This document shows positions 1-9,708 of a DNA stretch of 64,000 nt, one piece after another (positions within the stretch are counted from its first letter, which is position 1; each line of letters starts with the position of its first letter). The translations under genes and the position numbers were made by a program. The stretch comes from a virus. Where the stretch lies: positions 42,584 through 106,583 of the IMG/VR virus record IMGVR_UViG_3300021963_005267; one strand, written 5' to 3'. Under the pieces are notes generated by a model that was not told the DNA's origin, did no database searches, and saw nothing but the letters and a program-made list of their open reading frames with translations.

Positions 1-47
1 TGGATCTTGTCAGGTCCAAGAACGGCGGTCCTCAGGTTATCAAAAAA

Positions 48-809
48 TTGCATAGCCAGGGGCTATCACACGAACAAAGCTATCAGCCTATAGAAAAGAT
101 CAGTTGGAGTGAGCTCAAAGGCAACTACAATAACAACTGGGTTATCATTGTCGGTGATCGTGGAGTTGGTGCAATCAAAGCCAGCGAACGAGATTATGAA
201 GCATTAGCTAGTTCAGGTGGCGATGTTCTATCTAAGAGAGACGATCGTGGCGGTAACATATTAGATTTCTTAAAAGGTAACATAGGAGGTCTACGTAAAT
301 TTTATGTAGGTAGAGGATCTAGTGATGTTAAAGACAAAAAGAAACAACGTGCTGATCTTAAGAAACAAGCAGATGCTACTACAGTTACTAGAAAAGATAT
401 CGTAAAGAAATTTAAACCTTTGTGGGATAAAGCATTAGAGCAGGCCTATGCCGATGTTAAAGGCATGGCTGTTACAATGATCAAGAACGATGCTTTTGAA
501 AAGGCTAAAAAGAAACTATCCCAATTAGATTATATCACAAACGCTAGAGAACACATTGAATCTGGAAATACAGACTTCCCAGAATATGTAGAAAGTGCTG
601 TACAGACAGCTATCTCTATGGCAGCAGTATATCACTATCCAGAATTATCCGGAGAAATACAAACCTCTCGATACGGTTACAGATCCTCGGGATATACAAC
701 AACAAATGACGAAGGCCCTCGCAAGTTACTTCAGGACATAGCTAACGGAGATACTGCAAAGTTAGGATCTATATTGGCATACTTCAAGAGGAGCTTAGTA
801 TCAGGATGA
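48..809 (+). CDS. Hypothetical phage protein (probably 5'-truncated by the window edge)
   Basis: Long ORF whose stop overlaps the next ATG (ATGA); no recognised motif. Confidence 0.6.
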   Translation: MHSQGLSHEQSYQPIEKISWSELKGNYNNNWVIIVGDRGVGAIKASERDYEALASSGGDVLSKRDDRGGNILDFLKGNIGGLRKFYVGRGSSDVKDKKKQRADLKKQADATTVTRKDIVKKFKPLWDKALEQAYADVKGMAVTMIKNDAFEKAKKKLSQLDYITNAREHIESGNTDFPEYVESAVQTAISMAAVYHYPELSGEIQTSRYGYRSSGYTTTNDEGPRKLLQDIANGDTAKLGSILAYFKRSLVSG

Positions 810-2014
810 GATTAATTACAGATTTAGAACCAACATTTGAGCAAGCTCTAACAGAAGCAAACATAGCTTCTAAGATCAAAGATCCTCAAAAGATTAAATT
901 ACTAAGATTAGCAGTGCTTCACGATTCAACATTTCCTAAGCATAAGATAGCGGCTTTAGGACCAACGGCATTTCGTCAAGACCAGGATCCCAAGAAGCAA
1001 GCAGAGAACGATCAACAAATTCTACAGCTCTGGAGCGACACCATTGATAGATTATTATCAAACACTGAGTTTGGAGACCTTAGCGCAGACGGCAAGTTTG
1101 ACGATTGGTTGTTTAATCTTTATATTAAAGGTGCAGCAGACTACGAAGATATCTCGGGTGAAGCTGTTAATGCGTTAGGCATCTGGAAAGTATTGAGCAG
1201 GCGTGGTAAACTCAAGCCAATCGATCAGGACTTTAATAAATTTAAATCTATCAAGACTCTACAAAGAATTCGCAATGACAGAGATTATAGAAGAGAACTA
1301 GATCGTATTAAGGACTCAGAACGTATTGAAGCTCTTAAGCGTGATGCCAAACAGACTGTGTTAATTGACGATAATCGTTTCTATGTTATTGTTCCATTGA
1401 ACTTCGGTAGTTGCTATGTAACAGATAGAGGACAAGGATATACTCCTAACTTCTGTACAAGTTCTAGCAATGGTCACGAATGGTTCCAGCGTTATGCTCC
1501 AGACGGCATTATCGTAAATGTAACAGATAAACAAAACATAGATGCTGAAGATGGCAAGTGGCAGATGCATGCTGCTACTAATCAAATCGTCAGAGGAGAT
1601 CAGGAACGCAGACACGATGTATCTTATAACGATCAACGATTTGCAGATCTGTTTCCAGGTCTAATGAAACGAATACTAGCAGCCTTAGCCAGCAAAGCAG
1701 ATGAAATTAAACAAGGATCTGTTAATCTAACCCGAAGCGGCGAAGGTTACGATGTACAGGCCAACATTGACATGATGAAACGCAAGTTCCCAGCATCATT
1801 TGCATCAGAAGCTCCGGCAGAAGAAGAAGAGGATACTGGTCCAGGAACTTATTTGATCACGCATACAACATCTGGCAGAACAGCACGAATCACAGCAGAA
1901 AGCAAACAAGATGCTATTGACAAATTGTTAGCTAGACATCCAGACGTAAACCTAGAAGAGTTTACTATCAAGAAGCAAAAAGAAGAACCTACTGACGAGG
2001 ATCTAATTCAGTAA
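806..2014 (+). CDS. Hypothetical phage protein
   Basis: 402-aa ORF, coupled to the upstream gene. Confidence 0.7.
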   Translation: MRLITDLEPTFEQALTEANIASKIKDPQKIKLLRLAVLHDSTFPKHKIAALGPTAFRQDQDPKKQAENDQQILQLWSDTIDRLLSNTEFGDLSADGKFDDWLFNLYIKGAADYEDISGEAVNALGIWKVLSRRGKLKPIDQDFNKFKSIKTLQRIRNDRDYRRELDRIKDSERIEALKRDAKQTVLIDDNRFYVIVPLNFGSCYVTDRGQGYTPNFCTSSSNGHEWFQRYAPDGIIVNVTDKQNIDAEDGKWQMHAATNQIVRGDQERRHDVSYNDQRFADLFPGLMKRILAALASKADEIKQGSVNLTRSGEGYDVQANIDMMKRKFPASFASEAPAEEEEDTGPGTYLITHTTSGRTARITAESKQDAIDKLLARHPDVNLEEFTIKKQKEEPTDEDLIQ

Positions 2015-2108
2015 CACCTACCTTAGGACGTTATCGTTACATAGGTGTGCCCGGCTGCTGGGCAGAGCGTTATGGGAGTCGTGCCCCGGAATGGCGCTCT
2101 AAGTGAGC
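2014..2108 (+). ncRNA. Candidate structured RNA (three hairpins, possible pseudoknot)
   Basis: ACACCTA/TAGGTGT, GCCCGG/CTGGGC, AGAGCGTTAT/ATGGCGCTCT stems; GC-rich island between convergent genes; strand uncertain. Confidence 0.5.
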
Positions 2109-2109
2109 A

Positions 2110-2316
2110 TTACCAATGTCTAATAGTATTTGCTATAATAAAACAGCAAGTCACTACGTGTATAACTACCCAGAATGTTTTTAAGAATAATGCTATCCTA
2201 GCTTCTCGGATAGTTAATACAGGTACTGTGGGCCGATCCTCGTCGGTGTGACCCATTAGATGACCAGTGGCTCTGGCCCATATCCGTTCAAGACTTCTGA
2301 CCGGTGATGATTTCAT
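2110..2316 (-). CDS. Small membrane protein
   Basis: Hydrophobic C-terminal helix; last gene of a minus-strand run. Confidence 0.55.
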   Translation of the reverse strand: MKSSPVRSLERIWARATGHLMGHTDEDRPTVPVLTIREARIALFLKTFWVVIHVVTCCFIIANTIRHW

Positions 2317-2878
2317 ATACTTCTCGCCAATTTTTAACTACAGGATAGGTACATTCGTGATGCATATTGTGCCCGTGTTCAATAAGAATCGAGCTCAATC
2401 CCAATTCGTGCCCAACATCAGCATTAGCCGGCTTATCTTCGATCCACCACATACCGCTTTGCTTATAAGGAGATAACGCACCGTCTTTATCTGCTCCGGT
2501 ATCTAGACAAATCACATCTTCGATAGCATTACCAAACAACTTACGCAGATTCATTTCTCGAAGTCTTTGTGCGTTTTTGTCTAGGCTCAAGCTAGTAATG
2601 ACCCGGAACTGATATCCGTGCTCTTCGTGGAGCCGTTTAACATAGAACGTGCTGTCTCTTAATGCAGGAAGAAATCCAATGGCTGCTGATTCGTTAAAAG
2701 TCTTTACAACCTTCTTAGCGTCTTTCTCGTCTAATTCATTGTAGTGATGATGCAGGTAATAACTTTTCTTGTTGTCTGCGGTAAGTGTGTAACCACGTTC
2801 TTGCATCCAAACTGAGAATGCCCATTCCCAATCAAGTAATACGCCGTCTGCGTCTGTGAGTATGATTTTGTTTTTCAT
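2288..2878 (-). CDS. HAD-family phosphatase / 5'(3')-nucleotidase-like (T4 gp30.2-like)
   Basis: N-terminal ILTDADGVLLDW (DxD) motif and WIEDK motif. Confidence 0.75.
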   Translation of the reverse strand: MKNKIILTDADGVLLDWEWAFSVWMQERGYTLTADNKKSYYLHHHYNELDEKDAKKVVKTFNESAAIGFLPALRDSTFYVKRLHEEHGYQFRVITSLSLDKNAQRLREMNLRKLFGNAIEDVICLDTGADKDGALSPYKQSGMWWIEDKPANADVGHELGLSSILIEHGHNMHHECTYPVVKNWREVYEIITGQKS

Positions 2879-3087
2879 TTATAAAAAAGTCCAAAAATGT
2901 AAATTGCCAATAGTCCACCGTTAATAACCACAAGGTTCCATTCTTTGATCCTTAAACTCCAAATCAAATAAAGAAATGCTCCTGCGTTTAATAACCAAAT
3001 ATTGGTTGGGTCTATTCGTAAACTAGTGCAGACTGCACCAGCTAGCGTTACAAAACACGCAGCCCATTTTAAGATAGAGTCTAACAT
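2875..3087 (-). CDS. Small membrane protein
   Basis: Hydrophobic ORF MLDSILKWAAC...; start reassigned to the ATG just downstream of a consensus promoter. Confidence 0.6.
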   Translation of the reverse strand: MLDSILKWAACFVTLAGAVCTSLRIDPTNIWLLNAGAFLYLIWSLRIKEWNLVVINGGLLAIYIFGLFYK

Positions 3088-3093
3088 AATCCT

Positions 3094-3122
3094 ATTATAT
3101 ACACAGTTATAGATCTTGTCAA
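3094..3122 (-). promoter_or_regulatory. Sigma70-type promoter
   Basis: TTGACA-N17-TATAAT on the minus strand. Confidence 0.8.
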
Positions 3123-3180
3123 GTAGTTTGTTCCAGTTGCTGCCCTGCCATAAATACTGGGTCATATTAAAGGAGACCCC

Positions 3181-4389
3181 GTGAAACAAAGAAATTACAC
3201 ACAAGACACAGTCCGCAAGTTACAAGGCTCATTACAAATTGAGCATACTTTAGCAAAACGTGGCGCATACAAACTACGCGAGCTATTAGCAAACGAACCA
3301 TACGTTAATACGCTAGGCGCATACAGCGGTCAACAAGCCGTTCAACATGCCAAAGCAGGACTCAAAGCAATTTACCTATCAGGCTGGCAAGTAGCCGCAG
3401 CCGCAAACACAGCAAACCAAACATATCCAGATCAAAGTTTATATCCAGTAAACTCTGTCCCAACAATCGTACGACAAATTAACAATGCTTTCCGTCGTGC
3501 TGATCAAATTGAATACTCAGAAGGTAATGCGACTACAGATTACTTCTTACCAATTGTAGCAGATGCTGAAGCAGGCTTTGGTGGTGCGTTAAACGCATAT
3601 GAACTAATGATGGCAATGATTGAAGCAGGAGCCGCAGGCGTACACTTTGAAGATCAATTAAGTTCAGAAAAGAAATGTGGACACTTAGGTGGTAAGGTTT
3701 TAATTCCTACTAGCCAAGCAATTCGCAACCTACAGGCCGCACGTCTAGCAAGTGACGTAGCAGGTGTTGACACAGTTATCATGGCACGTACAGATGCCGA
3801 ATCTGCTACACTGATCACTAGCGATCATGACCCATTAGACAAGGATTTTATTATTAATGAACGTACTGACGAAGGTTTTTACAAATTTAAAAACGGGCTT
3901 GATGCTTGTATTAGGAGAGGTCTTGCTTATGCCCCTTACGCTGATCTCCTTTGGTTCGAAACTAGCACACCTGATATCAAACAGGCTAGAGTCTTTGCTG
4001 AAGCGATCCGTGCCCGTTATCCTGATCAAATGCTTGCTTATAATTGCAGTCCTAGTTTTAATTGGCAAAAGTTTTTAAGCATTGAAGAATGTGAAACATT
4101 CCAACGTGAACTAGGCGAACTAGGTTATAAGTTTCAGTTCATAACACTAGCAGGCTTCCACTCGGTTAATCTTGCTACATTTGAACTTGCTGAAGCATAT
4201 CGTTTACGTGGTATGGCTGGTTATAGCGAAATGCAACAACGTGAGTTTGAAGCACAGGCTCGTGGCTTTACTACTGTTAAACATCAACGTGAAGTTGGCG
4301 TTGGTTACTTTGATTTAATTAGTGAAGCAGTTGGTGCTACATCTACAGTTGCTAACAAGAGCTCTACAGAAGCAGATCAGTTCCACTAA
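3181..4389 (+). CDS. aceA: Isocitrate lyase
   Basis: KKCGH catalytic motif, [27 protein letters not shown]; GGAG SD before the GTG start. Confidence 0.97.
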   Translation: MKQRNYTQDTVRKLQGSLQIEHTLAKRGAYKLRELLANEPYVNTLGAYSGQQAVQHAKAGLKAIYLSGWQVAAAANTANQTYPDQSLYPVNSVPTIVRQINNAFRRADQIEYSEGNATTDYFLPIVADAEAGFGGALNAYELMMAMIEAGAAGVHFEDQLSSEKKCGHLGGKVLIPTSQAIRNLQAARLASDVAGVDTVIMARTDAESATLITSDHDPLDKDFIINERTDEGFYKFKNGLDACIRRGLAYAPYADLLWFETSTPDIKQARVFAEAIRARYPDQMLAYNCSPSFNWQKFLSIEECETFQRELGELGYKFQFITLAGFHSVNLATFELAEAYRLRGMAGYSEMQQREFEAQARGFTTVKHQREVGVGYFDLISEAVGATSTVANKSSTEADQFH

Positions 4390-4396
4390 ATATTAA

Positions 4397-5104
4397 ATGG
4401 AAACTATTATAGCAACGTTAGTGATGACGCACATCACAATAGTGTGCGTCACACTATACCTGCATCGTGGACAGGCTCATAGAGGCATAACCTTTAATTT
4501 TATATTTGAACATCTAATACGTTTTTGGTTATGGCTTACTACTGGTATGGTCACAAAACAATGGGTGGCGATACATCGTAAGCATCACAGATTTAGTGAT
4601 GAACAAGGCGACCCGCATAGTCCGCACGTATACGGTATTTGGCGTGTGTTGTTTAAAGGTGCTGTATTATATCATACTGCAAGTAAAGATTCTGAAATGA
4701 TTCAACAATACGGAGTTGGTACTCCAGACGATTGGATCGAACGTAATTTGTATACCCCACACAGTCGCTGGGGGATTCTCTTAATGTTGGTCATAGACCT
4801 TGTTCTTTTTGGACCTGTAGGACTAGTAGTTTGGGGTATACAAATGCTTTGGATTCCTTTCTGGGCCGCAGGAGTAATTAACGGCCTTGCTCATTGGTGG
4901 GGGTACCGCAATGGTGAAACAAAAGATAGATCTAGAAATATATTTCCTATTGGCATTATCATTGGTGGTGAATGCCTTCACAATAATCATCATCTTGAGC
5001 CTGCTAATCCCAAACTAAGTCGTCGCTGGTTTGAGTTTGACATAGGATGGATGTGGTTTAAAATCTTTAATTTATTAGGATTGGCTAAACTTAGAAATGT
5101 TTGA
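4397..5104 (+). CDS. Acyl-CoA (delta-9) fatty acid desaturase
   Basis: Three His boxes HRGQAH, HRKHH, HNNHH plus TM segments. Confidence 0.92.
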   Translation: METIIATLVMTHITIVCVTLYLHRGQAHRGITFNFIFEHLIRFWLWLTTGMVTKQWVAIHRKHHRFSDEQGDPHSPHVYGIWRVLFKGAVLYHTASKDSEMIQQYGVGTPDDWIERNLYTPHSRWGILLMLVIDLVLFGPVGLVVWGIQMLWIPFWAAGVINGLAHWWGYRNGETKDRSRNIFPIGIIIGGECLHNNHHLEPANPKLSRRWFEFDIGWMWFKIFNLLGLAKLRNV

Positions 5105-5720
5105 ACGTGTGCCTGAGCCAGAGCTGATGCTGGACAAAGAACAGTGTGAGACATACAATCAAGAGTTCATAGACGATCAATCAATAGTAGAAGATTTCGT
5201 TAACTCCTACAAACAATGCATAGGACTTGATCAAGGGTCTGTTGTTGATCTAGGGTCCGGATCTTGTAACTTTATTATTGCACTGGCTAACGCCTACCCA
5301 GGTTTAACTTTTACCTGTTATGAAGCCAGCGATGAAATGATAAAGATAGCAACAAACAACATAAGGTCTGCAGGGCTGGCCGACAGAATACAACTAGTAC
5401 AACAAGACTTCTTTAACGCCACTGGACAATTTGATGTAGCAATTGCTAACAGAGTATTACATCACGTAAACGATACAGAAAGTTTTTGGAATCTAATTTC
5501 TAAACTAGGAAGCAAAGTCTTAGTATGTGATTTGGAAAGACCTTATACTTCGGAATTCTTAAACTATACCCTTCCTGCAGATTTTATTAATTCTTTAAAA
5601 TCTGCATACACTGTGCCGGAAGTATCGGATCAAATAGTTAATTACGATTACACCATAGAGAAGAAATCGTTACCAGCTGATCTGTCCAGATTCACAGTGT
5701 TTACCAAAAAAGATAAGTAA
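5097..5720 (+). CDS. Class I SAM-dependent methyltransferase
   Basis: VVDLGSGS motif I; FDVAIANRVLHH. Confidence 0.85.
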   Translation: MFERVPEPELMLDKEQCETYNQEFIDDQSIVEDFVNSYKQCIGLDQGSVVDLGSGSCNFIIALANAYPGLTFTCYEASDEMIKIATNNIRSAGLADRIQLVQQDFFNATGQFDVAIANRVLHHVNDTESFWNLISKLGSKVLVCDLERPYTSEFLNYTLPADFINSLKSAYTVPEVSDQIVNYDYTIEKKSLPADLSRFTVFTKKDK

Positions 5721-6417
5721 CATCGCCTTTGACTACTGCGTAGGCCTGCAGGGTCATTCGTTGATCTTTAGTCCCATTAATATCTGCGTGTCCTACTCTG
5801 TGCAGTATCTTTTTTGTTTGTATCAACAAAGATCCTTGTGTGTAATGCACAGTTTGAAATTCTTTTAATTTACAATCAGGATTACCGCAATCGTCTCCGA
5901 GCAAATCGTGATGATTCTCACACAGCGGAGTTTCTGGTGCGTTTCGATCTGAAGTAAATTCCGCTTCTGTTTCTGGAAAATAATCGAAGCTAGACTCTGA
6001 TCCAGAGATCATTAGTCCTAGTACATAGTATCGATCAAAGTATGTATCAAACTTATCGTAATCCGGAAACTCTACATTGTAAGGGTATCTAATTAAGATC
6101 TTGTCATAGTGCCATACACAGGGTCTATTGGAAAAATCTCTTTCTATTATCTGAAATCCTGGACGAGCAAGGTATTGGCAGAATCTAACTTCTTTTTGAA
6201 AAAGTGATGATACTTTTTTACAGAATAAATCAACGGTAGCAAAACTGTATGTGTTATTGTTTAGATAGCTGTCGTTTTGATTTCTTAAATAGCTGTTGCC
6301 CAACACAAACATATCTGTGTCCGGACATCGGATCCACTTATCTTTATGTTCTGTTATTTCTTTTGCAGCATCTGTGCATTCTTGTGCAGTAAAGAAATTT
6401 TCTATTAGGTTGATCAT
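5701..6417 (-). CDS. Putative 2OG-Fe(II) oxygenase-like protein
   Basis: HYD ... LHRV ... R arrangement (HxD...H...R). Confidence 0.5.
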   Translation of the reverse strand: MINLIENFFTAQECTDAAKEITEHKDKWIRCPDTDMFVLGNSYLRNQNDSYLNNNTYSFATVDLFCKKVSSLFQKEVRFCQYLARPGFQIIERDFSNRPCVWHYDKILIRYPYNVEFPDYDKFDTYFDRYYVLGLMISGSESSFDYFPETEAEFTSDRNAPETPLCENHHDLLGDDCGNPDCKLKEFQTVHYTQGSLLIQTKKILHRVGHADINGTKDQRMTLQAYAVVKGDVTYLFW

Positions 6418-6432
6418 ACCCTATTTAACAGA

Positions 6433-6452
6433 AAGCCCCCTTGCGGGGGCTT
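6433..6452. terminator. Hairpin / probable intrinsic terminator
   Basis: AAGCCCCC-TTGC-GGGGCTT inverted repeat. Confidence 0.6.
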
Positions 6453-6483
6453 ATTCTTATCATATACGCTCTATGAGCTTATA

Positions 6484-6753
6484 TTATTTCTTCACGCCGG
6501 CATTAACAAATGAGTACATTTTTTCGGCGGCTTCTAATACTTTATCGACACCTGGATATTCAGGCATACTAACTGTTGTTACGATCTGACCAGTCTTCTC
6601 ATCACGAGAAGCAGTCATTTCCCAACCGTGTAACTTAGCGTGGAATTCACCCTGGATGTGATCCTTAGCCAATGCTAAGATGTCGGCACGGATTTCGTAA
6701 CCGTTTTTATTAAATTTAACTTCTGGTAGTTTAGGTGTTTCAAATTGTGACAT
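6484..6753 (-). CDS. Hypothetical phage protein
   Basis: 89-aa ORF with AAAGGAGA SD. Confidence 0.75.
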   Translation of the reverse strand: MSQFETPKLPEVKFNKNGYEIRADILALAKDHIQGEFHAKLHGWEMTASRDEKTGQIVTTVSMPEYPGVDKVLEAAEKMYSFVNAGVKK

Positions 6754-6782
6754 AATGTTTTCTCCTTTGTGTGTATGTCTGT

Positions 6783-7013
6783 TTAAGCCTTAGAGCTGGC
6801 TTCTGCTTTCTTTGGAAACAGTACCTTGGATACTGATTCTACGGAATACTTAGTCATGTCGATAGTGTTGTTAACAGCCATCTTGGCAAATTGTGTTTGC
6901 GCATCAATGTATGCGTGGGCTGCTTTGTTTAAAGAGGGATCTTTAAAAATCTGATCAGTGATGATCTTTTTAGTAGTTTGAAAACTATCGATGTAAAAGT
7001 GTGGTGTAAACAT
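6783..7013 (-). CDS. Small helical protein, phasin-like (tentative)
   Basis: CAGGAGA SD before MFTPHFYIDSFQ; amphipathic Ala/Gln-rich helix. Confidence 0.45.
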   Translation of the reverse strand: MFTPHFYIDSFQTTKKIITDQIFKDPSLNKAAHAYIDAQTQFAKMAVNNTIDMTKYSVESVSKVLFPKKAEASSKA

Positions 7014-7089
7014 AAAATTCTCCTGTGTGTTTAGTATGTGTAACATTATATATCTCTATCCTATGTAAATGCAACTATATATGGCTAAA

Positions 7090-7209
7090 TCAGTCTCTTA
7101 ACATCAACTGTTTAGCTAGGTCTGGATGACCTCTTCTTGCTAATTCCGCCGCTGCTCTGGCTCTGCCCATCGATTCAAAGAACGCCTTGATGTAAGACAA
7201 CAAGTTCAT
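7090..7209 (-). CDS. Small hypothetical protein (39 aa, MNLLSYIKAFFESMGRARAAAELARRGHPDLAKQLMLRD)
   Basis: ATG overlaps the stop of the upstream minus-strand gene; not in ORF track. Confidence 0.55.
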   Translation of the reverse strand: MNLLSYIKAFFESMGRARAAAELARRGHPDLAKQLMLRD

Positions 7210-7388
7210 AGCATAAATCCTCTCTGTTTGTCGTAGCCGTATTGAACACTCCAGTGTTCTACATCTGCGGCACTCTGTGGGTACTTCGATAGGATGTAGC
7301 GTTCTAGTTCGCTTTGATAGTGTTGCTTTGGGAACATCTCTGCTAGCCGCTCTAAAAGCAATAGCATTTTTTCTGATAATTGTTTCAT
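7206..7388 (-). CDS. Small protein, DUF3563-like (tentative)
   Basis: LERYILSKYPQSAADVEHW pattern; AGAGGA SD. Confidence 0.5.
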   Translation of the reverse strand: MKQLSEKMLLLLERLAEMFPKQHYQSELERYILSKYPQSAADVEHWSVQYGYDKQRGFML

Positions 7389-7519
7389 TGTGTTATCCTC
7401 TGTATGTGTGTAGACTCAGTGTTTCTACTGATTTATTTATGCTGCGATCGCACGAACTCTAAATAATTTTGGACATCAGAAATGATTTAAGGTAAATACT
7501 ACATTAGATAATTACATTT

Positions 7520-7789
7520 ATGAAACTAAGCACTCGATCAATACTTCAAGAACTTAACTCGATTGCCGAGGTAAGGCACACTGATTCTGTGTTTGAAAGC
7601 AGGGCAGTTAATATCATTAACTCTGCGATCAACCTTATAGAATCTATGAAGAAGCACTATACAGCTGAAGAAGCAGATGAGCTAGAGCGCAGACTGTTGA
7701 ATTCTATCAAAGGGCAGGATGCTGCCAAATTTACCCGAGGCATACGTAAAGTTGCCGAAGATCGCAAATCCCGCAAAAAAATGGTCTAA
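7520..7789 (+). CDS. Hypothetical phage protein
   Basis: 89-aa ORF after TAAATA motif. Confidence 0.7.
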   Translation: MKLSTRSILQELNSIAEVRHTDSVFESRAVNIINSAINLIESMKKHYTAEEADELERRLLNSIKGQDAAKFTRGIRKVAEDRKSRKKMV

Positions 7790-7865
7790 GACCCTGGTTC
7801 TCCAATAATCGGATAAATAACTATGGCGACCTCTGAGCGAGGTTATTTAAAAGGAGAACTTTATC

Positions 7866-8240
7866 ATGCCAAATACATATTCAGATCTAACAAGCGAAAC
7901 AGTTGCAGCCAATTATGGCAAGCACGTTATCAACCAAGCTGACGTAGGCCGCGAGCTTATCGTTAAAGTTGCACTAACAAACATGACCAATGCAAACGTT
8001 ACATCAATCCGTAACGCAATCACTCTACCAGGTGGTTCTGGTGGTACTTTACCAGCTAACACTGGTGATGCATTCACTGTAGCAGCTATCGGTACAGCAG
8101 ATGGTTCAGCTTTTGTAAGCGGTACCACTGACGTTATCTATATGCGTGTACAAGGTACTGGTACATTTGACACAACAGACGCAGCAGCAGGCACAGGTGC
8201 TACTGTTACCGTTGAGGCAGTGTTTACACCAGCAATGTAA
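7866..8240 (+). CDS. Putative virion structural protein
   Basis: Thr/Ala/Gly-rich beta-type protein with strong SD, late-promoter motif and own terminator. Confidence 0.55.
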   Translation: MPNTYSDLTSETVAANYGKHVINQADVGRELIVKVALTNMTNANVTSIRNAITLPGGSGGTLPANTGDAFTVAAIGTADGSAFVSGTTDVIYMRVQGTGTFDTTDAAAGTGATVTVEAVFTPAM

Positions 8241-8262
8241 TTTTCCTAGGGATGGGAAGATG

Positions 8263-8289
8263 AGGGCGGATTTATTCCGCCCTTTTTTG
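8263..8289 (+). terminator. Rho-independent terminator
   Basis: AGGGCGGA-TTTAT-TCCGCCCT followed by a T run. Confidence 0.8.
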
Positions 8290-8312
8290 TTGGCCATAAA
8301 TAGTAGCACATT

Positions 8313-8720
8313 ATGGCACGATACACTGTAATCACTTTTGTAGATATCACACGGACCAATCCCACAAGGTCCGAGACTGATAAACTTAAACTAGCACAAC
8401 AATCAAACTTCAATAGTTTGTTGCAGGCCATTGGTCTTAGATCCAATGTCAATTGGGAAGAAGATCCTAAAAAATTATCTGGGTGCTATCACAGTGTGTT
8501 TGAAGGCAAAGCCAATCATTGGGTTTGGACATTCGATACTGAACGTGATGATGTATTCTTGCAAGACGATGATCCTGTAGCACTATTAGTAGAAGACCTA
8601 CACGGAGTACCCATAATAGATCAATTAGAAAATACAGTAGATATCTACCCTGCGGTGTTTAAAACTCGAGGTGACGACATCAACACCTGGATCAAAATAC
8701 CATTCGATATAAATAGTTGA
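8313..8720 (+). CDS. Hypothetical phage protein
   Basis: 135-aa ORF after TAAATA. Confidence 0.7.
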   Translation: MARYTVITFVDITRTNPTRSETDKLKLAQQSNFNSLLQAIGLRSNVNWEEDPKKLSGCYHSVFEGKANHWVWTFDTERDDVFLQDDDPVALLVEDLHGVPIIDQLENTVDIYPAVFKTRGDDINTWIKIPFDINS

Positions 8721-8803
8721 TACAGGCAAACATTTTAGGCATTCTTAACTTAGGCACATGTCCATAACGGACCTTGACTTAACATACAGGAGAACGGCCT
8801 AGA

Positions 8804-9193
8804 ATGGCTAGAGTAACAGCACTGCAACCAGTCGCGGAGCGAGTAAGCGTACTGGAGACTAAAGTTGAAAACATAGACGAAAAACTCGACGATCTCAAAG
8901 CAGACGTTAAAGATATGCACGATTGTTTAGATCGTACTAGAGATTTGATTGATACTAAGCTCGATAATATGTTAGATGAGTATCGCATCAATAGGGACAA
9001 GTTTTACGAGCATGCCGACAAGCTCAACTCAGAGCAGACTGCACAGCACAACGAACTTGCAGCTAAATTATCGGAGTTAGAAAAGGTCAAGCACAAATTT
9101 ATGTTGTACGCTATGGCTGGATTAGCATTTGCAGCCGGCGCTGGATGGATCAATCATTTGGATCTAGATAAGCTAGTCAAATTCTTTTTATAA
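8804..9193 (+). CDS. Coiled-coil protein with C-terminal TM helix
   Basis: Heptad pattern; FMLYAMAGLAFAAGAGWI helix. Confidence 0.65.
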   Translation: MARVTALQPVAERVSVLETKVENIDEKLDDLKADVKDMHDCLDRTRDLIDTKLDNMLDEYRINRDKFYEHADKLNSEQTAQHNELAAKLSELEKVKHKFMLYAMAGLAFAAGAGWINHLDLDKLVKFFL

Positions 9194-9212
9194 TATAATA
9201 ACAACATTTAAA

Positions 9213-9237
9213 TAAAGGAACCCCGGTTCCTTTTTTA
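9213..9237 (+). terminator. Probable intrinsic terminator
   Basis: AAAGGAACC-CC-GGTTCCTTT then T run. Confidence 0.55.
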
Positions 9238-9677
9238 TGTCCAATATAAACCGTAATCTTAAAACGGTAATTGAAAACACCCATAAGAGGCTGTACGAAA
9301 ATTACCAAATAATGCCTGTGAAAACAGAACAGGGCATTCTGGTAGGTACGGTTTTGATAGTCAGCAACGAATCGGTAAAAGATCTTTACCTTAAAGAACA
9401 ACTGGTTTACAAAGATGTAAGTCTAAATCAGGTAGTCATAAGATTAGCTAACATATTAGCCAAGGACGGGAAAACTGCTAGGGCTGATGTGATATATAGG
9501 GCAGATCAGGAGTATGGCAAGTTCCTAACAGAAAGCCAACTATTACGTAGACAGTATCAAAAATCTCGAGAATCACAAGATCACGATAGGGCTGATATGC
9601 TATTAGCCCGGTACTGCACAGCCCGCGACAAAGCCCTATCAGCTAAAAAACAAGTTTTGTCTTTGGTCGCGTTCTGA
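9237..9677 (+). CDS. Hypothetical phage protein
   Basis: 146-aa ORF. Confidence 0.65.
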   Translation: MSNINRNLKTVIENTHKRLYENYQIMPVKTEQGILVGTVLIVSNESVKDLYLKEQLVYKDVSLNQVVIRLANILAKDGKTARADVIYRADQEYGKFLTESQLLRRQYQKSRESQDHDRADMLLARYCTARDKALSAKKQVLSLVAF

Positions 9678-9708
9678 ATAAATATACAATAATTCTGGAT
9701 TTATAAAC

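Noticed and set aside
2045-2251. Plus-strand 68-aa ORF
   Set aside because: It overlaps the stem-rich element and a more credible minus-strand gene, and has no SD.
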